Of a stretch of DNA of 64,000 nt, positions 48,011 to 62,361 are shown in pieces (the stretch's first letter is position 1; each line of letters opens with the position of its first letter). Under the pieces are notes generated by a model. It had not been told where the DNA came from. It made no database searches and saw only the letters and a list, made by a program, of their open reading frames with translations. Origin of the DNA: Fistulifera solaris (taxonomy: Eukaryota); contig AP026173.1 of the NCBI GenBank assembly GCA_030295235.1, positions 372,001 to 436,000 of the forward strand, written 5' to 3'. Position numbers and translations under genes: made by a program.

Positions 48011-49051
48011 TTACGCCATTTTGTTCTTTTGCAAAAAGTCAGGAGCTTTCCAGCATATGAAGGAAGCTAGGGCAATCGTCATGCAAAACTGCTGTTTTTG
48101 TACGAGATCGGAAACGATATCAGATACCGAAGGCAGCTGGTAAACGCACTCGATCAGTTTTAGAATACCGTGAAAGAAGAAAAAGCTCTGTTGGAGATGA
48201 AAAGACATAAAGAGTGAGTCTTGGTGTGGGTGCAGTAGACTGCAATCTAGAAGAGATGAAACAGGAACTAACTCACGCGCTGCTGTTCGTTCGTAAAGTA
48301 GAACCAAGAAAAGGCATACATTCCGGCACTGGCGAGCTTGTCGACCCCGAAGAAGTACAAAATGGGTGTAATGGCGGTGATGGATGTTGTTTGTGTCGAC
48401 AATGATTCAAGCACGCCCGCGATTTCGCCTTTCGTAAGGATCGGTAACACAATCTGGGAGCAGGCGAATAGGTTGAGCAAAGCCAACGACACCAATGTGC
48501 GAGATTGTAACGTCGTCTCTCGTGGGAACGGATTCTTTGCCAAAAATGGGATAGTGTCTCGACTTGGAATAGCGACTAGAGATAGCCCGGTAAGTATCAT
48601 CAGCTGTCGCCAAACGATTTGGGACGGTATCCACTCTTTCGAAGCCCAAAAGGCCATGCCCGCCGGAAGCATCAAAGCAACCGCTAGATTTGCCTGAAGA
48701 TGCTGTAGCATACGATCCGAGCTTAGGCACTCGAGGGTAGCCGCGAGCACAAGAAGGAGCACGCTGAGAGCCGATTGGTATTTGAATTTCAAAAGTCCCG
48801 AAATTGCCCCGTCTTGACACGCTTCTTCGCCCAAGAACTTGAGACAGGTAGCAGACGGCTGCTCGCCTGATATCGGAGCATTTCTCACGTCCATGAGGCT
48901 TGGACACGCCTACGGCGAGTAAAATCAACATGGTCCATCGCGGCACGTTGATTGCCGACGCTCCTGGGTCGACGTGCTTCATAGGAGGTGCCCCTTTCGG
49001 CGCTTTGGGTGTATCCTTTACCACTTTGGACTTCTTCTTGTTCGACGGCAT
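48011..49051 (-). CDS. Hypothetical multi-pass membrane protein (frameshifted)
   Basis: Basic N-terminus MPSNKKKSK, then hydrophobic segments across ORFs 48407-49051, 48268-48894 and 48011-48307. Confidence 0.55.
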
Positions 49052-49584
49052 GAGTTTGCGGGTTTGATAGTATTCGTAATAGAGATGGAGCTGAGACCCG
49101 AGGCAAGCTTGATTATTTGTGAAATGGTTTGTGATGAATTTATTTTCGTTTTGGCAAAAATGAGTTCAACGATAACGGTAAGCGTTACCAATTCCTACCT
49201 ATTTTTTTTGGAAATGCGAGCAAGCAGGATGCACCTGACTGAACTGTTCGTGTTTGAAACGTCAATCGCCTGTCCACCGTAACGATCTATATTGCAGTAT
49301 ACATAAGAGAGTATAGTACTTTTTGTACGTAGAACTCTACGACCGCGGTTCGCCGTCGCCGCAGCTCGGAGCCGTTCGTCGTCCGCCTTTTCTTGACAAT
49401 GGCAAAGATTGACGAAGACCGCAGCATCGTCATTCTGCTGGAGTCCATGCAAATCAAACCTGGCTAGTTCGTTTGATTGGTGTTCAGTAGCTTGTGCCGG
49501 ATTGTCGAAGCCGAGGGCGCTGCATCGTACTGTCAATCTTTTCATTTTTGTTTATCGGTTTCCTACCAATCATTCGTGACAACA

Positions 49585-52500
49585 ATGGATTACGACGATG
49601 ATGCCTTAAACAATGGGCCAGATATGGAAATGGACGATGACGAACAACCTATCGATGAGGAGATGATGGATGTAGAAGATATTCCGGTCACGCAGGAAGA
49701 TTCTTGGGCTGTAATTAGGTACGATCGAACCGACGTAGTCGATTTGCGCGTGTTGTAGTCGCTCACCATCGGATATTTAGTGCTTATTTCGAAGAAAAGG
49801 GTCTCGTTCGACAGCAGTTGGATTCTTTCGATGAGTTTATTCAAAACACGATGCAAGAACTAGTAGATGACTCGGGTGACATTCGTGTATCTCCGGAAGT
49901 ACAGCACATGGTGGGATACGATGATGAAGCGTACGATGCGGAACAGCAAAAGGATACGAAACTAGTCTTTGAAATCCACTTTGGTCAAGTCTACTTGTCA
50001 AAACCCACAACTGTTGAAAAGGATGGCAAGGTCACCTACATGTTTCCTCACGAAGCGCGTCTTCGTAATTTGACATATGCGGCTCCTCTGTATGTGGATG
50101 TCGACTTGAACCAATATCACGTACCTCGTGAAGTCAATGTCAACGACCCGTCCGAAGACATGGGTGAACCAGTGTCAACCGAACACGCCAAAAAGGAGTT
50201 TTTGGGCTACGTTCCGATCATGCTGCGGTGTCTCTTTTGCGTGTTATCCGATAAAGATGACGCCGAGCTGTCCGAGCTCGGGGAGTGCATTTACGATCAA
50301 GGCGGATATTTTGTCATCAACGGATCCGAGAAGGTGATCATTGCCCAGGAGCGTTTGAGCAACAATCACGTGTATGCATTCAAAAAGAAACAACCGTCAA
50401 AGTTTTCTTGGGTGATCGAAACACGGAGTCAAGTGGAAAATTCGACGCGTCCTGTAAGCTCTTTGTACATTCAGATGTACCACAAGGGCGGGCGAGGTGC
50501 AATCGAAGGGAATCAAATTCGCTCTACACTGCCTTATATTCGAACTGATGTCCCAGTCGTTATTATTTTTCGGGCGTTGGGATATGTGGCTGACCGCGAT
50601 ATTATTGAGCATGTTGTGTACGATTTAACGGATGGTGAAATGATGGATCTATTTCGTCCTAGTTTGGAAGAAGCGTTCGTTATTCAAAGACAAGATGTCG
50701 CTTTGGATTTTATCGGACGACGAGGAAGTGCAAAAGATGTCACGAAGGAGGACCGTATGCGTTACGCTCAGGCCATTCTTCAGAAAGAAGTTTTACCTCA
50801 CGTTGGAACTGAAGAGCACTGCGAAACGAAAAAAGGATTTTTCATTGGATATGCTGTGCACAAACTGCTCATGTGCAAGTTGGGCCGAGCAGATGAGGAC
50901 GATCGCGATCATTTTGGAAAGAAGCGTCTCGATTTGGCTGGTCCTCTACTTGGTGGGCTTTTCCGCATTCTATTCCGCAAATTGACAAAAGATGTTAGAA
51001 AGCATCTTCAGCGCTGTTTGGATGAGGGAAAACATTTCAATATTGGTGCTTCGATCAAGAGCAATCATATCACGGATGGTTTGAAGTACAGTCTGGCGAC
51101 GGGTAACTGGGGTGACAAGGGGATGACAGCGAAAGCAGGAGTCTCGCAGGTGCTCAACCGCTTAACTTACGCTTCGTCTCTATCCCACTTACGAAGATCA
51201 AACACTCCTTTAGCTCGTACAGGAAAGCAAGCGAAGCCTCGACAGCTCCACAACACGCACTGGGGAATGGTGTGTCCGGCCGAAACGCCCGAAGGACAAG
51301 CAGTTGGTCTTGTCAAGAATCTTGCCTTGATGGCGTACATCACTACTGGGACCGCACAAGTTCCGGTCCTAGAGTTTCTTGAGGAGTTCAGCACTGAAAA
51401 TCTGACTGATATTCTTCCTTCAGTTATTGCCGAACCAAATACGTGCAAAATTTTCGTCAATGGCAACTGGGTAGGCATTCATCGTGATCCCAAGGCGCTC
51501 GTTGAAACATTTCGCTCTTTACGCCGAATGGTTGACATTGACGCAGAGGTTTCCATTGTTCGTGACATCGCAGATAAGGAGGTCCGCATTTACACGGATG
51601 CTGGCCGTATTTGCCGTCCGCTATTCATTGTCCATGACCAACAACTTGCCATAAAGAAAAGCCACATTGTACAACTTCAAGGTTTGAATCCGAATGAAAA
51701 GCGCTTGACTTGGACAGATCTGCTGATGGAGGGTTTGGTCGAGTACATTGATACAGAAGAGGAGGAGACGACCATGATTGCAATGGAGCCGAAAGATTTG
51801 GATGCTACCGATGCATACTCTTCAACTTACACGCATTGTGAGATTCACCCCAGTATGATTCTAGGAGTCTGTGCTTCAATCATCCCTTTTCCCGACCACA
51901 ACCAGTCTCCCCGTAATACTTATCAAAGTGCCATGGGCAAGCAAGCTATGGGTATCTATGCTTCAAATTACCAAGTTAGAATGGACACAATGGCTCATGT
52001 GTTGCACTACCCTCAGAAACCACTATGCACCACCCGAGCTATGGAGTTTTTGCATTTCCGAGAGCTTCCTAGTGGAGTAAATTGCGTGGTTGCGATCATG
52101 ATTTATACAGGTTACAATCAAGAGGATTCTTTGATCATGAATCAATCTGCAATCGATCGAGGATTGTTTCGATCGTCTTACTATCGCTGCTACATTGATC
52201 AAGAAAAGGCAAGCTCTGTAGGAACTATAGGTTCATTGACGTCGGAGCTCTTCGAAAAGCCCGCAATGGACAACACAAGAGGGATGAAGCATGGCGAATA
52301 CGGCAAGCTTGATGATGATGGTCTTGTTGCCCCTGGAACCAGAGTGTCTGGAGACGATGTTTTAATCGGAAAAACCGCCCCGATGGACAGCACGAGCGGT
52401 ATGCCTTCAAGATACACAAAGCGTGATTGTAGCACATCAATGAAGGCCAACGAAAACGGCATAGTGGACAACGTCTTGATCAGCACCACGAAAGAAGGCT

Positions 52501-53294
52501 ATCGGTTCACAAAAGTTCGTATCAGGAACGTGCGAATTCCCCAGGTGGGAGATAAATTCGCTTCTCGTCACGGTCAGAAAGGTACCATTGGTATGACGTA
52601 CCGCCAAGAGGATATGCCATTCACAGTGGAAGGTATTGTTCCCGACATTATTGTCAACCCTCACGCCATTCCATCCCGAATGACCATCGCGCAGCTTATC
52701 GAATGTTTATTGGGTAAGGTTGTCGTGTTTCAAGGTTGCGAAGGCGATGCCACGCCTTTCACCGATGTCACGGTCGAAGACATCAGTACACGTTTGCACG
52801 CCATGGGGTACCAAAAACACGGCAATGAAGCTTTGTATCAGGGCCACACGGGACGTCCCCTCAACGCTCGTGTGTTCATTGGTCCAACGTTTTACCAGCG
52901 ATTGAAGCATCTGGTCGATGACAAGGTGCATTCACGTGCCCGCGGTCCCGTCGCGATGCTCACCCGCCAGCCGCTCGAGGGTCGTTCTCGCGATGGAGGT
53001 CTTCGTATGGGTGAAATGGAACGTGATTGTTTGATCACACACGGATGTGCCAATTTCATCCGCGATCGATTTTTCATGAATTCGGATCAGTATCGCATTC
53101 ATATTTGTGAGCGATGCGGTCTCACGGCTCAATCCAACTTGAAGAAGATGACTTACGAGTGCCGCAGTCCAATGTGCGTCGGTCGACCCACGCAGATTTG
53201 TCAGGTCGAGATTCCTTACGCGGCGAAGCTTCTGTTGCAAGAACTCAATTCCATGTGCATTCAGACTCGAATTTTTACGAAGATGGATGCCTGA
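49585..53294 (+). CDS. RPB2: DNA-directed RNA polymerase II second-largest subunit
   Basis: Intron 49719-49780 gives [21 protein letters not shown]; motifs [55 protein letters not shown]. Confidence 0.99.
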
Positions 53295-53886
53295 TTGTGA
53301 TCGAGGCTAGAATCAATCAAGGGACTTGGACAAGACGGGCAGTTCTTTGCTGGGTAAAGATATGGTAAAGCGATGCAAGTACAGCGTAATAGTAGGCCTC
53401 ACTAGTTTGCTAATGTATTTACATTCCGTGAGGAGATGTTTGTGAAATGCGATTGGAGTGCGCACATTACTCCGCTTGTTCGATTGATTGTGTTAGACGC
53501 TGATAATATTCTTTAGCTGATAACAAGACGATTACTCCTATTAAACCAGCTCAGACTCGTGACTTATGATGTCTCGTGACTGAGGGTACACAAAAACTTC
53601 CTCGCGACGGCGCGGAATTTTTTGATTGTTCTCTTCCAAAAACTCGAATCTTTCGTTGTGAGGCTTCTTGCTAAGAACAAGGATGAAGTCGTCAGCGAAA
53701 AGAAGATCTGGAGCAACGGCTCGCTTTCATTATTCGCCGACGGATGAGAATTTGCTTGTTTCTCCGTACATAAAGAGTTCATTTTGGTCCATCTCGCATC
53801 GGCTGTTTCTCGTCTCTCAATCCTAACGCTAACAAAGCCAAGAACCGTCTACTTCCGCCCTTCCTCCCAGCATCTTCTCTGCTACA

Positions 53887-55943
53887 ATGGTGTATGCTCC
53901 TCCTTTGACCGCCGACGAAATCACCACCGCCGCCGGAGTGATTCGTCAACTAAAAGGTGTGACCGACGATCCGCACGGCCAAGAATTGCGGTTTGTAGCC
54001 ATTTCCGTCTTAGAATCATCGGCCGAACGACACGCGCACATTATTACGGTAGAACCACCGACAGGCAAGGCCACCGAATATGTTGTTAAACTCGAAGATC
54101 CGACGATTGTTTCGACTTTAGAATTGCCGCTCGGAACACAACCCTTGTTTACCCCGGACGATTGTGATTTGGCCGAACAGGTCGTGCAGCAATCGTCCGA
54201 AGTGGCGGCCGCCTTGGAAGAGCGGTACGGCATTACCGACCTGACGCGGGTCGCGTGTGATCCGTGGAGTATTCATTTGGCCTGTGACGATGATACGGCT
54301 TTGACGCAATGGCGCACCGATGGGATCCCCGGCCGTCTGGTCCAAACCTTTTGTATTATCGCCAAGAAGATGGCCTGGCCGACAATCATTACGCCCACCC
54401 GATTGATATCTTGCCCGTGGTGGATTTGAATGCCCGTGTCGTAGTGTGTATTCACGGAATGGATCGACCGGCTCCCAAAATTCCGACGGAATCGGTCAAT
54501 TACCATCGTGATTTGTTGCACAAGAACACGTATTTGCCCACGAAATGGAGAAGTGATGTCCCGAAGCCATTGAATGTCATTCAACCTCAAGGTCCTTCGT
54601 TCACGGTGACCAATGACACACACGTGGAATGGCAGAAGTGGTCGTTCGATATGGGTTTCAATTATCGTGAAGGATTGACGCTACACAATGTATCCTTTGA
54701 TGGCCGCCCCGTTCTCAACCGCGCTGCCTTGGTCGAAATGGCCGTCCCATATGCCGATCCTTATCCTCCGCATACGCGAAAATGTGCCTTTGATGTAGGC
54801 GACTATGGCTTGGGGTATTGCGCCAATTCGTTGCAACTCGGGTGCGATTGTTTGGGACACATTCGGTATTTTGATGCGGTGCTCAATGATGCCGCCGGCA
54901 ATCCGGTGCACAAGCCGAAAGTCGTTTGTATGCACGAAGAAGATCAAGGGATTTTGTGGAAGCATGTCGAGTACCGAAACGGCTACAATGAATCACGTCG
55001 ATCAAGAGAGTTGGTCATCTCGTTTGTAGCGACCGTCGTCAATTACGAATATCTCTTTTACTGGAGATTGAAACAAGATGGTATGATCGACTTTGAAATC
55101 AAGCTATCGGGAGAGTTGTCGACGAATCTGTTGTCGGCACCCGAATCGGATGGTCGTCCGACTCATGGTGTTTTGGTGGCACCCGGTGTTAATTCGCAAA
55201 TCCACCAGCACATGTTTTGTGCGCGTCTCGACATGGCGGTGGATGGAGCGGAACACAATACGGTTCGCGAGGTCGATATTGTCTCACGTCCCGTCGACCC
55301 GGTCTCGAATCCATACGGCAATGTCTTTGAGCCGGTGGAAACATTGTTGACCACGGAGCAGGCGGCCATCCGGACTCTCGATGTCACCAAAGCGCGCACG
55401 TGGAAGATTTCCAGCAACAAGACGAATCCCATCAATGGCAAATTGACTTCCTACAAGCTAGTTCCTTTCAGTAAAGGTGCCGCTCAGCCCGTTCTCATGA
55501 CCGATCCGTCGTCGGCTGTTTTCAAGAAAGGGACCTTTGCAACGTCTCATTTGTGGGTGACTCCCTATCATCCGAAGGAGCGTTTCCCGGCGGGCGAGTA
55601 TACGCCTCAAGGTGACGGGTCTGTTGGACTGCCTCAGTGGACGAGTCAAGATCGCAGTTTGTTGGACTGCCCGGAAGGCATTGTCGTCTGGCATGGTATG
55701 TACTAGCATCGCTTTCTTGCTGCTATCGTTGTGTCAAACTCACACGCTTGTTTCGTCGCTACAGCTTTTGGCGTGTTGCACGTCCCGCGCATTGAAGATT
55801 TCCCTGTGATGCCTTGTGAAATCACTGGCTTCAGTTTGAAGCCCGACAACTTCTTCTTGGGAAATCCTGGCATTGATATACCACCGGAAGTCAACGAAGC
55901 GAGTAAGCTCGACACTACGGCTTGCTGTGCTGCCAAAAAGTGA
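53887..55943 (+). CDS. Copper-containing (TPQ) amine oxidase
   Basis: FNYREGL, EMAVPY, LGCDCLG, HEED, TVVNYEY (TPQ site), HQH, and HVPRIEDFPVMP after intron 55696-55764. One frameshift near 54350. Confidence 0.95.
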
Positions 55944-56235
55944 TCGATACCTCGTGGAACATCGTCCACTAGAACAGGCATTGAATAAGATACTTAGATT
56001 TTAGTAAACGGCCTCTATTTTTGCACTAAGAGGTAGCCAATCGAGATCGTTAACGCCGTTCGTCGTTTTTGAAAAGAAGATAACAAATGCAGTCGTCAAG
56101 TTGTGGTAAGGATCATGAGTAATTGATAAAATGTAAATTCTTTTCGTCCGTGTGAATTATACATTTGCTCATTCCTTCTCTTCACAAAACGAAAAACGTT
56201 TTCGATCAGCCCGCGCGACTCTGGGCCGTTCTTCC

Positions 56236-59111
56236 TTACAGGGTTGCAGGTTGCAGTGTTTCAGAGCCAGATGTTAGTCTCTCGTCAAAATAAACATAGC
56301 GTCTTTGAACTAAATCGTTGAAAAATGTCTTCGCGAAGGCACAAGCCTTATCAATGTCGTACTCCGCAATCATGTGCTCAATGGAGCCTCTGTCAATGCA
56401 TGATAAAAGACGGCCCCAGAAGTGACTTAGACCAATGTAATCCAAACACAGATCGACATTGGCAAGACTCGTTGCGGCAGTTTCTTTCTGAGGTTTATAA
56501 AACCGAGCCCCGTACTTTTTCGAATGACATTTTCAATTATAACTGACCATCCCATATGAACAGACAACGCGTCTACAAATTGCAGTAAAATCAATCCGAC
56601 CGCTGGAAGGTTCATGGGGAGCACGCTCTCGTCTTTGTCCATAGCGTCATGGGTAACATTGATTATTTTCCAAAGGTCTAGCAAAGAACGGCAGTGCTCT
56701 TTGTCTGAAGCACTCGCTTCTTTTGAATCACGATGTACAACACGAATGATGGGATCTTCCGTCGTAAAATCGTGTCGAACAACAGGTCGGTATGAGGTGC
56801 TAATGTTTTCGGGGCAAAGTCCGTTCACTTTCCTGTGGTAGTCCGTTTCGTCAGTCAAATGGCGATAATGTGGTAGCTGTACAGATGATAATGATGTCGA
56901 TATGTACCTTCTCGTATCAGCCAGAGCCTCTATCGCCCAATCACCAGAGCGGGGATCTCCATTCGCCGTATGTTTGGATGCCAAATTGGTGGCTCGTCTG
57001 GCATTCAATCCCCATGACAACCAAAACATCTCGCAACAAAATCCCTTTCCGGGCCTTCCTTCGACCCAAACGTATTTGGCGTGTTCAAATATTCTGTCGA
57101 GATCCCGCAAAGAGGAATTTCGAAAGTGGGACCACGAAGCCTGAGTCCGTTGTACAAGTGTAGCACGAAAATTAGCTGGCCCCTAGAGTCCATTGTTGCA
57201 GCTCCCAACCCGATGGAGCATGTATATGCTGCGTTAAGCATGTACACCCCTCCGATCAAAGGGTTCCAGAACGCAAGCAATTCGGCCTTGAGCGGATCTA
57301 CGTCGTAGTAACTCGGATACTCACTGGAACGAACGGGTTTAGCGAACCCCTCGAAGGAACTATATGCTTCAAAAGACTTGTAAAGTAAAGGGGCATCTTT
57401 GATTGCTTTACTTTTTTCCAGCTCAGTCCGCCATTGCTGAAAAAGCATCCTGTATGACTGCTTCGTATTCACCGCAACACGAGCCAGGTCCCCATTTCCC
57501 TGAAGGACATAGATAGACATGAGCACCGAGTGCAAGCCAAATGTCAGAGATATTGGCACTGGTTTTGCCAAATCGCTTTTCACATGGCGATGCAACAAAG
57601 TGAGTACTGAATTGAAATGCGATCGGTTTGGCAAATATTCATGGGGTGTATCGCGGCAAAGGAGAAAGAGTTCCGGTAATATCATGGATGCAAATGTCCC
57701 GTCCAAGTCGCCCCGTATCCGCTTGGAAGGATTCTTGCTTTCGTCAAATGACGGAGTCCCAAATCTTGGTAAAGTATTTTCTTTGAAGGCCTTCATAACT
57801 ATTTGGACTATCTTCTGCGTATTCAGAATGCAGCTGTCGCCCCCAATATGCTTTAATGGATCGAGCCACGTATGTGGTCTCTTTCCTGCCGCTATCCCGG
57901 TCTTACTAGGATCATTGACGTGCACGCCTAAGTACCGTTCCTCTACGTCAAGAAGCGTCTCCCAGAATGTATTATTACTTATGATAAACGTCAGGTCGTT
58001 CACGAGGGGTTGTTCCAGGCCTGATTTCTTCACAAACCGCTTCACCGTCGCGGAAGTATATGCTTGCCCACCACCTAGGTAGAAAGAATTCTCGACCATT
58101 TCCGCCACAAACTGAAAAGCCATGTAGGGTTCTTTCTCTTTCTTCGTCGTCTTTAGCCGCTTATTGATGTCTTCAACAACATTTGAAAAGAAAAAGATTG
58201 CCACGATATGATAAAAGGACGATAGATGAGGATGCTCCAACATCAGTTCACTCTCAGCTTGATACACGGCGTTTGTCGCAGCATTCGTCACTGCCGCACA
58301 TTCCATTATCCCCCGCATACACCGCGGCGAATGATGCATGAAGTTTTTTAGGAGCTCATAGTGCCCACGAATTCTTCCCATCGACTCATTCATGGTTAGC
58401 AAAAGATAAACGACTTGCATTTTATCGTCTACTTTCAAAAACGCTTCACATATACCGATTTCTTCTTCTACCTCTATTCCGCCGTATTTCGGCAACTCCC
58501 CTTCCTAATAGCGAGATCCAAATCTTCCCAGTCCACTTCCTCCTCGTCTTCTTCACCCAATTCATCGAATGTCAAAGCGTTAAACCTTCCACCGATAGCA
58601 TTCTGAGAAACTTCGGCATTCCTTTGCGGAATGCGGCGGCCATCCGATTCGCAAATTGAAGAGCACCGTGGCAATATCTCAGCACGTCGATGATGTACTG
58701 GTGCCCTACATCACCGCCATCCTTCGAGCCGAAAATCTCTGATGTCACCTTTTCTCGCAAGCGAATACTCGATGCTAAGCTTGTCATAATCTCAGGTGGA
58801 GTTATAACAAAATTCTCTGTTTCTTCTTTCAGGTAAGCTTTCCTATTGCGATCCAAGATGAGCTGCAGTCCTTTACGATAATCGTCGACAGCCGTCATTC
58901 GAAGGTTAAGACACGCTTCCCACGACATCCAGTGGTGAAACCGTAAGGTCGCTTCTTTGTACATGCTATAAAGTCCATTGCTTTTGCTTTTTTCAGTGTC
59001 ATCGGGTGCTACTTTTTTGTTTTGCAGGGAGGAAAGCGGATTGGAAATAGATGGTTGCCTTGCCGCTGCGGACGCCTTCTTATTGCGAACCTTCTTTTTG
59101 TTGGGAGGCAT
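56236..59111 (-). CDS. DUF6604-like protein, tandem paralog A (frameshifted)
   Basis: YSMYKEATLRFHHWM, SIRLREKVT..F, GHQYIIDVL and GRFNALT resemble the DUF6604 N-terminal pattern. Collinear with paralog B. Confidence 0.65.
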
Positions 59112-59534
59112 TCGATCAGATACTTTGTAAGCTCGCGCTATTGAAATACGGGTAAGAGCAGTGTGTCAAGGGGGCAGCAACTTCTATAAAAAGAAGAACG
59201 AAAGGTTTGCTAATCACCGCAACAAAAAATGAGGCCGCTCCGTTCCTGGTTCGTGGCTTTATGGGGTGGGATTTTTTTCGAAAACTCTTTCTAGTCTATG
59301 CGTCTCCTGCTATCGATTAAATCTGTAGCCAGAATAGAATAACCGTTCGGTATAAACGTAAAACGTGGAACGTACAGTAAAGACTAAGGTATAGTGTACG
59401 CTAGTCTCCCTTTCGGACTTCGGACTCCACACATCAGCCCTCGTAATTTAGCTAGAGCGAGTGTTACCAGATTGGCTGGCAGTTTGTTCTCCCGAGAGAC
59501 ATGGTCCTGCTACAGATCACACCAGCTTAAAGTC

Positions 59535-62361
59535 TCATTGTTGATACTCAACAAAATAAACATAGCGTCTTTGATCTACCTCGTCGAAAAATGCCTTGGT
59601 GAAGGCAGAAACTTTATCGATGTTGAACTCCGGAATCATCTGCTCAGTGGAGCCTTTATCAATGCATGATAAAAGACGGCCCCAGAAGTGGCTAAGACCA
59701 ATGTAGTCCAAGCATAGATCCGCATTAGCAGAGTCTTTGGGGCACTTCCCTTCAGTAGTTTACCGAGGTTAGGCCCCTGCTTCTTTCGAATTCTATCTTC
59801 GATGATAACTGACCATCCCATATGAACAGACAATGCGCCTACAAACCGCAGCAAAATCAACCCGATCGCTGTAAAGTTCAAATGAAGGATATTGTCGTCT
59901 TCGTTGAAAGCTTCATTGACGATTTTGATTATCGCCCAGAGATCTAACTGAGAACGGTAGTGCTTCTTTTCTGCGGCACTAGCTCCCCTTACACCAAGAT
60001 TGGTGCCGCAAGTTGCTAGATCTTCCGTCTTAAAAATCGTGTTGAACAACACCGCGGTACGAGGTGCTAATGCTTTCAGGACTAAGTCCGGTCGTCTTCC
60101 TGTGCAAGTCCGTTCGTCAGTCAAACAAGCGAAAACGTCGTATGCATACAAACACTTAGTCATTACTTACCTCCTCAAATCGATCGTCCAGTCATCATAA
60201 CGAGGATCTCCATTTGCTGTATAGTTGGATGATATACTGGTGGCAAGTTTGGGATTCAAGCCCCACGCCAGCCAAAACATCTCGCAGCAGGACCCCTTTT
60301 CGGGCTTTCCGTCAACCCAAATGCACGTATCGCGTTCAAAAAAATTGTCCAGATCCCGCAAAAGAGGAATCTCAAAAGTGGAATCACGAAGCCTGAGTCC
60401 GTTGTACAAGTGTAGCACGGACCTTAACTGGCCCATGGAATTAATTGTTGCAGTTCCCAACTCGATGGAGCAGATATATGTTGCATGAAGCATGTACCCC
60501 CCTCCGAGCAAAGGGTTCCAAAGCGTAAGCATCTCAGCCTGGAGCGGATCTACCTTATAGCTTGGATCATCACTGGGACGAACGAGCTTCGCAAAACCTT
60601 CCATGGAACCGTAAGCATGAACATATTTGTGAACTAAAGGAGCGCTCTCAACTACTTTGCTTTCCTCCAACCCAGTCTGCAATTGCTCGAAAAGCATACT
60701 GTATGATTGCTTTGCATTCACCGCAACACGAGCCAAGTCCCCATCTCCGTGAAGAACAAAAATAGACATCAGTATCGCATGTAAACCAAATGTCAGAGAT
60801 ATTGGTACTGCTTTTGTCAAATGTCCTTTCACATGGCGATGCAACAAATCGAGTACTGTGATAAGATGCGATCCTTCTGGTAAATAATCAATGGGTGCAT
60901 CCCGGCAAAGCATTAGGAGTTCCGGCAAAATAATAAAAGCAAAAATCCCGTCTAAATCGCCCCGTATTCGCTTAGCCGGACTCTTATCTTCGTCAAAGGG
61001 CGGTGCCCAATGTTCCGGCGCTTCGCCAGGAACAGACATACCTTTGAAGCCCATTGCAATGATCTGGACCAGCTTTTGCGTATTTAAAATGCAGCTATCG
61101 CCTCCAATATTCTTCAACGGACCGAACCACGTATGCGGTCTCATTCCAGGTGCCAATATCCCGGTTTCACTAGTTTCATCGGCCACGATGCCCATAGTTC
61201 GTTCCTCTATGCCAAGAAGCGTCTCCCAACAAGTATAATTGTGAATGATTCCCGCCATTCTGTCCACATAGGACTGTTCTAAGCCCGATTTCTTGACAAA
61301 CCGCTTCACAGTTGAGGGAACATGAGTTTGTCCGGCAGCTTCATAAAATGACAGCTCGACCATTTCCGCCACAAATTGAAGAGCCATATAGGGATCTTTC
61401 TCTTTCTTCGTCTGCTTTAGCACCTTATTAATATCTTCGACAATAGTGGAATAGAACAAGAACGCGAGGACATGATAAAATGACGAAAGATGAGGATGTT
61501 CTAACGCCAGCTCATTCTCTGCCTGATACACGATTCTTGTCGCAGTATTCGCCACAACTGCACACTCCATTATTACCCGCATACAAAGTTGCGACTCGTG
61601 CATGAAGTCTTTTAACAGCTCATAGTGACCTCGAATTCGGCCCATTGCGTCATTCATAGTTAGCAGAAGAGCCACTACTTGAAATTCATCGTCTCCTTTC
61701 AAAAGATATTTATGGATACCGATTTCTTCTTCTACCTCGAGACCCTCGTATCTCGGCAAATCTCCTTTTTGAATCGCAATATCCATGTCGTTCCAGTCCA
61801 CTTCCTCCTCTTCTTCTTCGCCAAAATCATCGAGTGTCAAAGCGTTGAATCTTCCACCGATCGTATTCGAAACATCATTGTCGTGTGTAACGGCAGCAGC
61901 CATGCGATTCGCAAACTGAAGAGCACCGTAACAATACTTGAGCACGTCGATGATGTACTGGTGTCCTAAATCACCGCCATCTTTCGAGCCAAAATTTCGT
62001 GCCGTCACTTTCTCTCGCAATCGGATGCTCATCACTAAGTTGTTCAAAATTTCTTGCGGAGCCACAATAAAGCTTTCGGGACTTTTGTCAAGTAGATACT
62101 TCGGTTGTGATCTAAAATGTGCTGGACTCCCTTGCGGTAATCGTCGACAGCCGTCATTCGAAGGTTAGGGCAAGCTTCCTGCGATATCCAGTTGTGAAAG
62201 AGCAACGTCGCTTCTTTCTACATGCTATAAATCCCTTTACTTTCGGTTTTTGAAGAGTCGGGGACTGTTTTCCTGCTGTACAACGTGGGAACAGAAAGGA
62301 TAGGATGCCCTGCGGCTGCGGTCGCCTTCTTGCGGCCCTTATTTTTCTTGTTTGGAGACAT
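59535..62361 (-). CDS. DUF6604-like protein, tandem paralog B (frameshifted)
   Basis: Starts MSPNKKNKGRKK and shares motifs throughout with paralog A (IGGDSCILNTQK, KRIRGDLDG, VPISLTFGLH, LHLYNGLRLR, RRYVYF). Confidence 0.65.

Noticed and set aside
5793..61969. Numerous short antisense or overlapping ORFs in the six-frame track
   Set aside because: They are shadows of the real CDSs on the opposite strand or in another frame and carry no recognisable motifs.
4097..62361. Widespread frameshifts read as pseudogenisation or programmed frameshifting
   Set aside because: They affect many unrelated conserved genes, often at homopolymers (e.g. near 30421, 31420, 36210, 54350), with motifs intact on both sides. 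Long-read consensus error is the simpler explanation.
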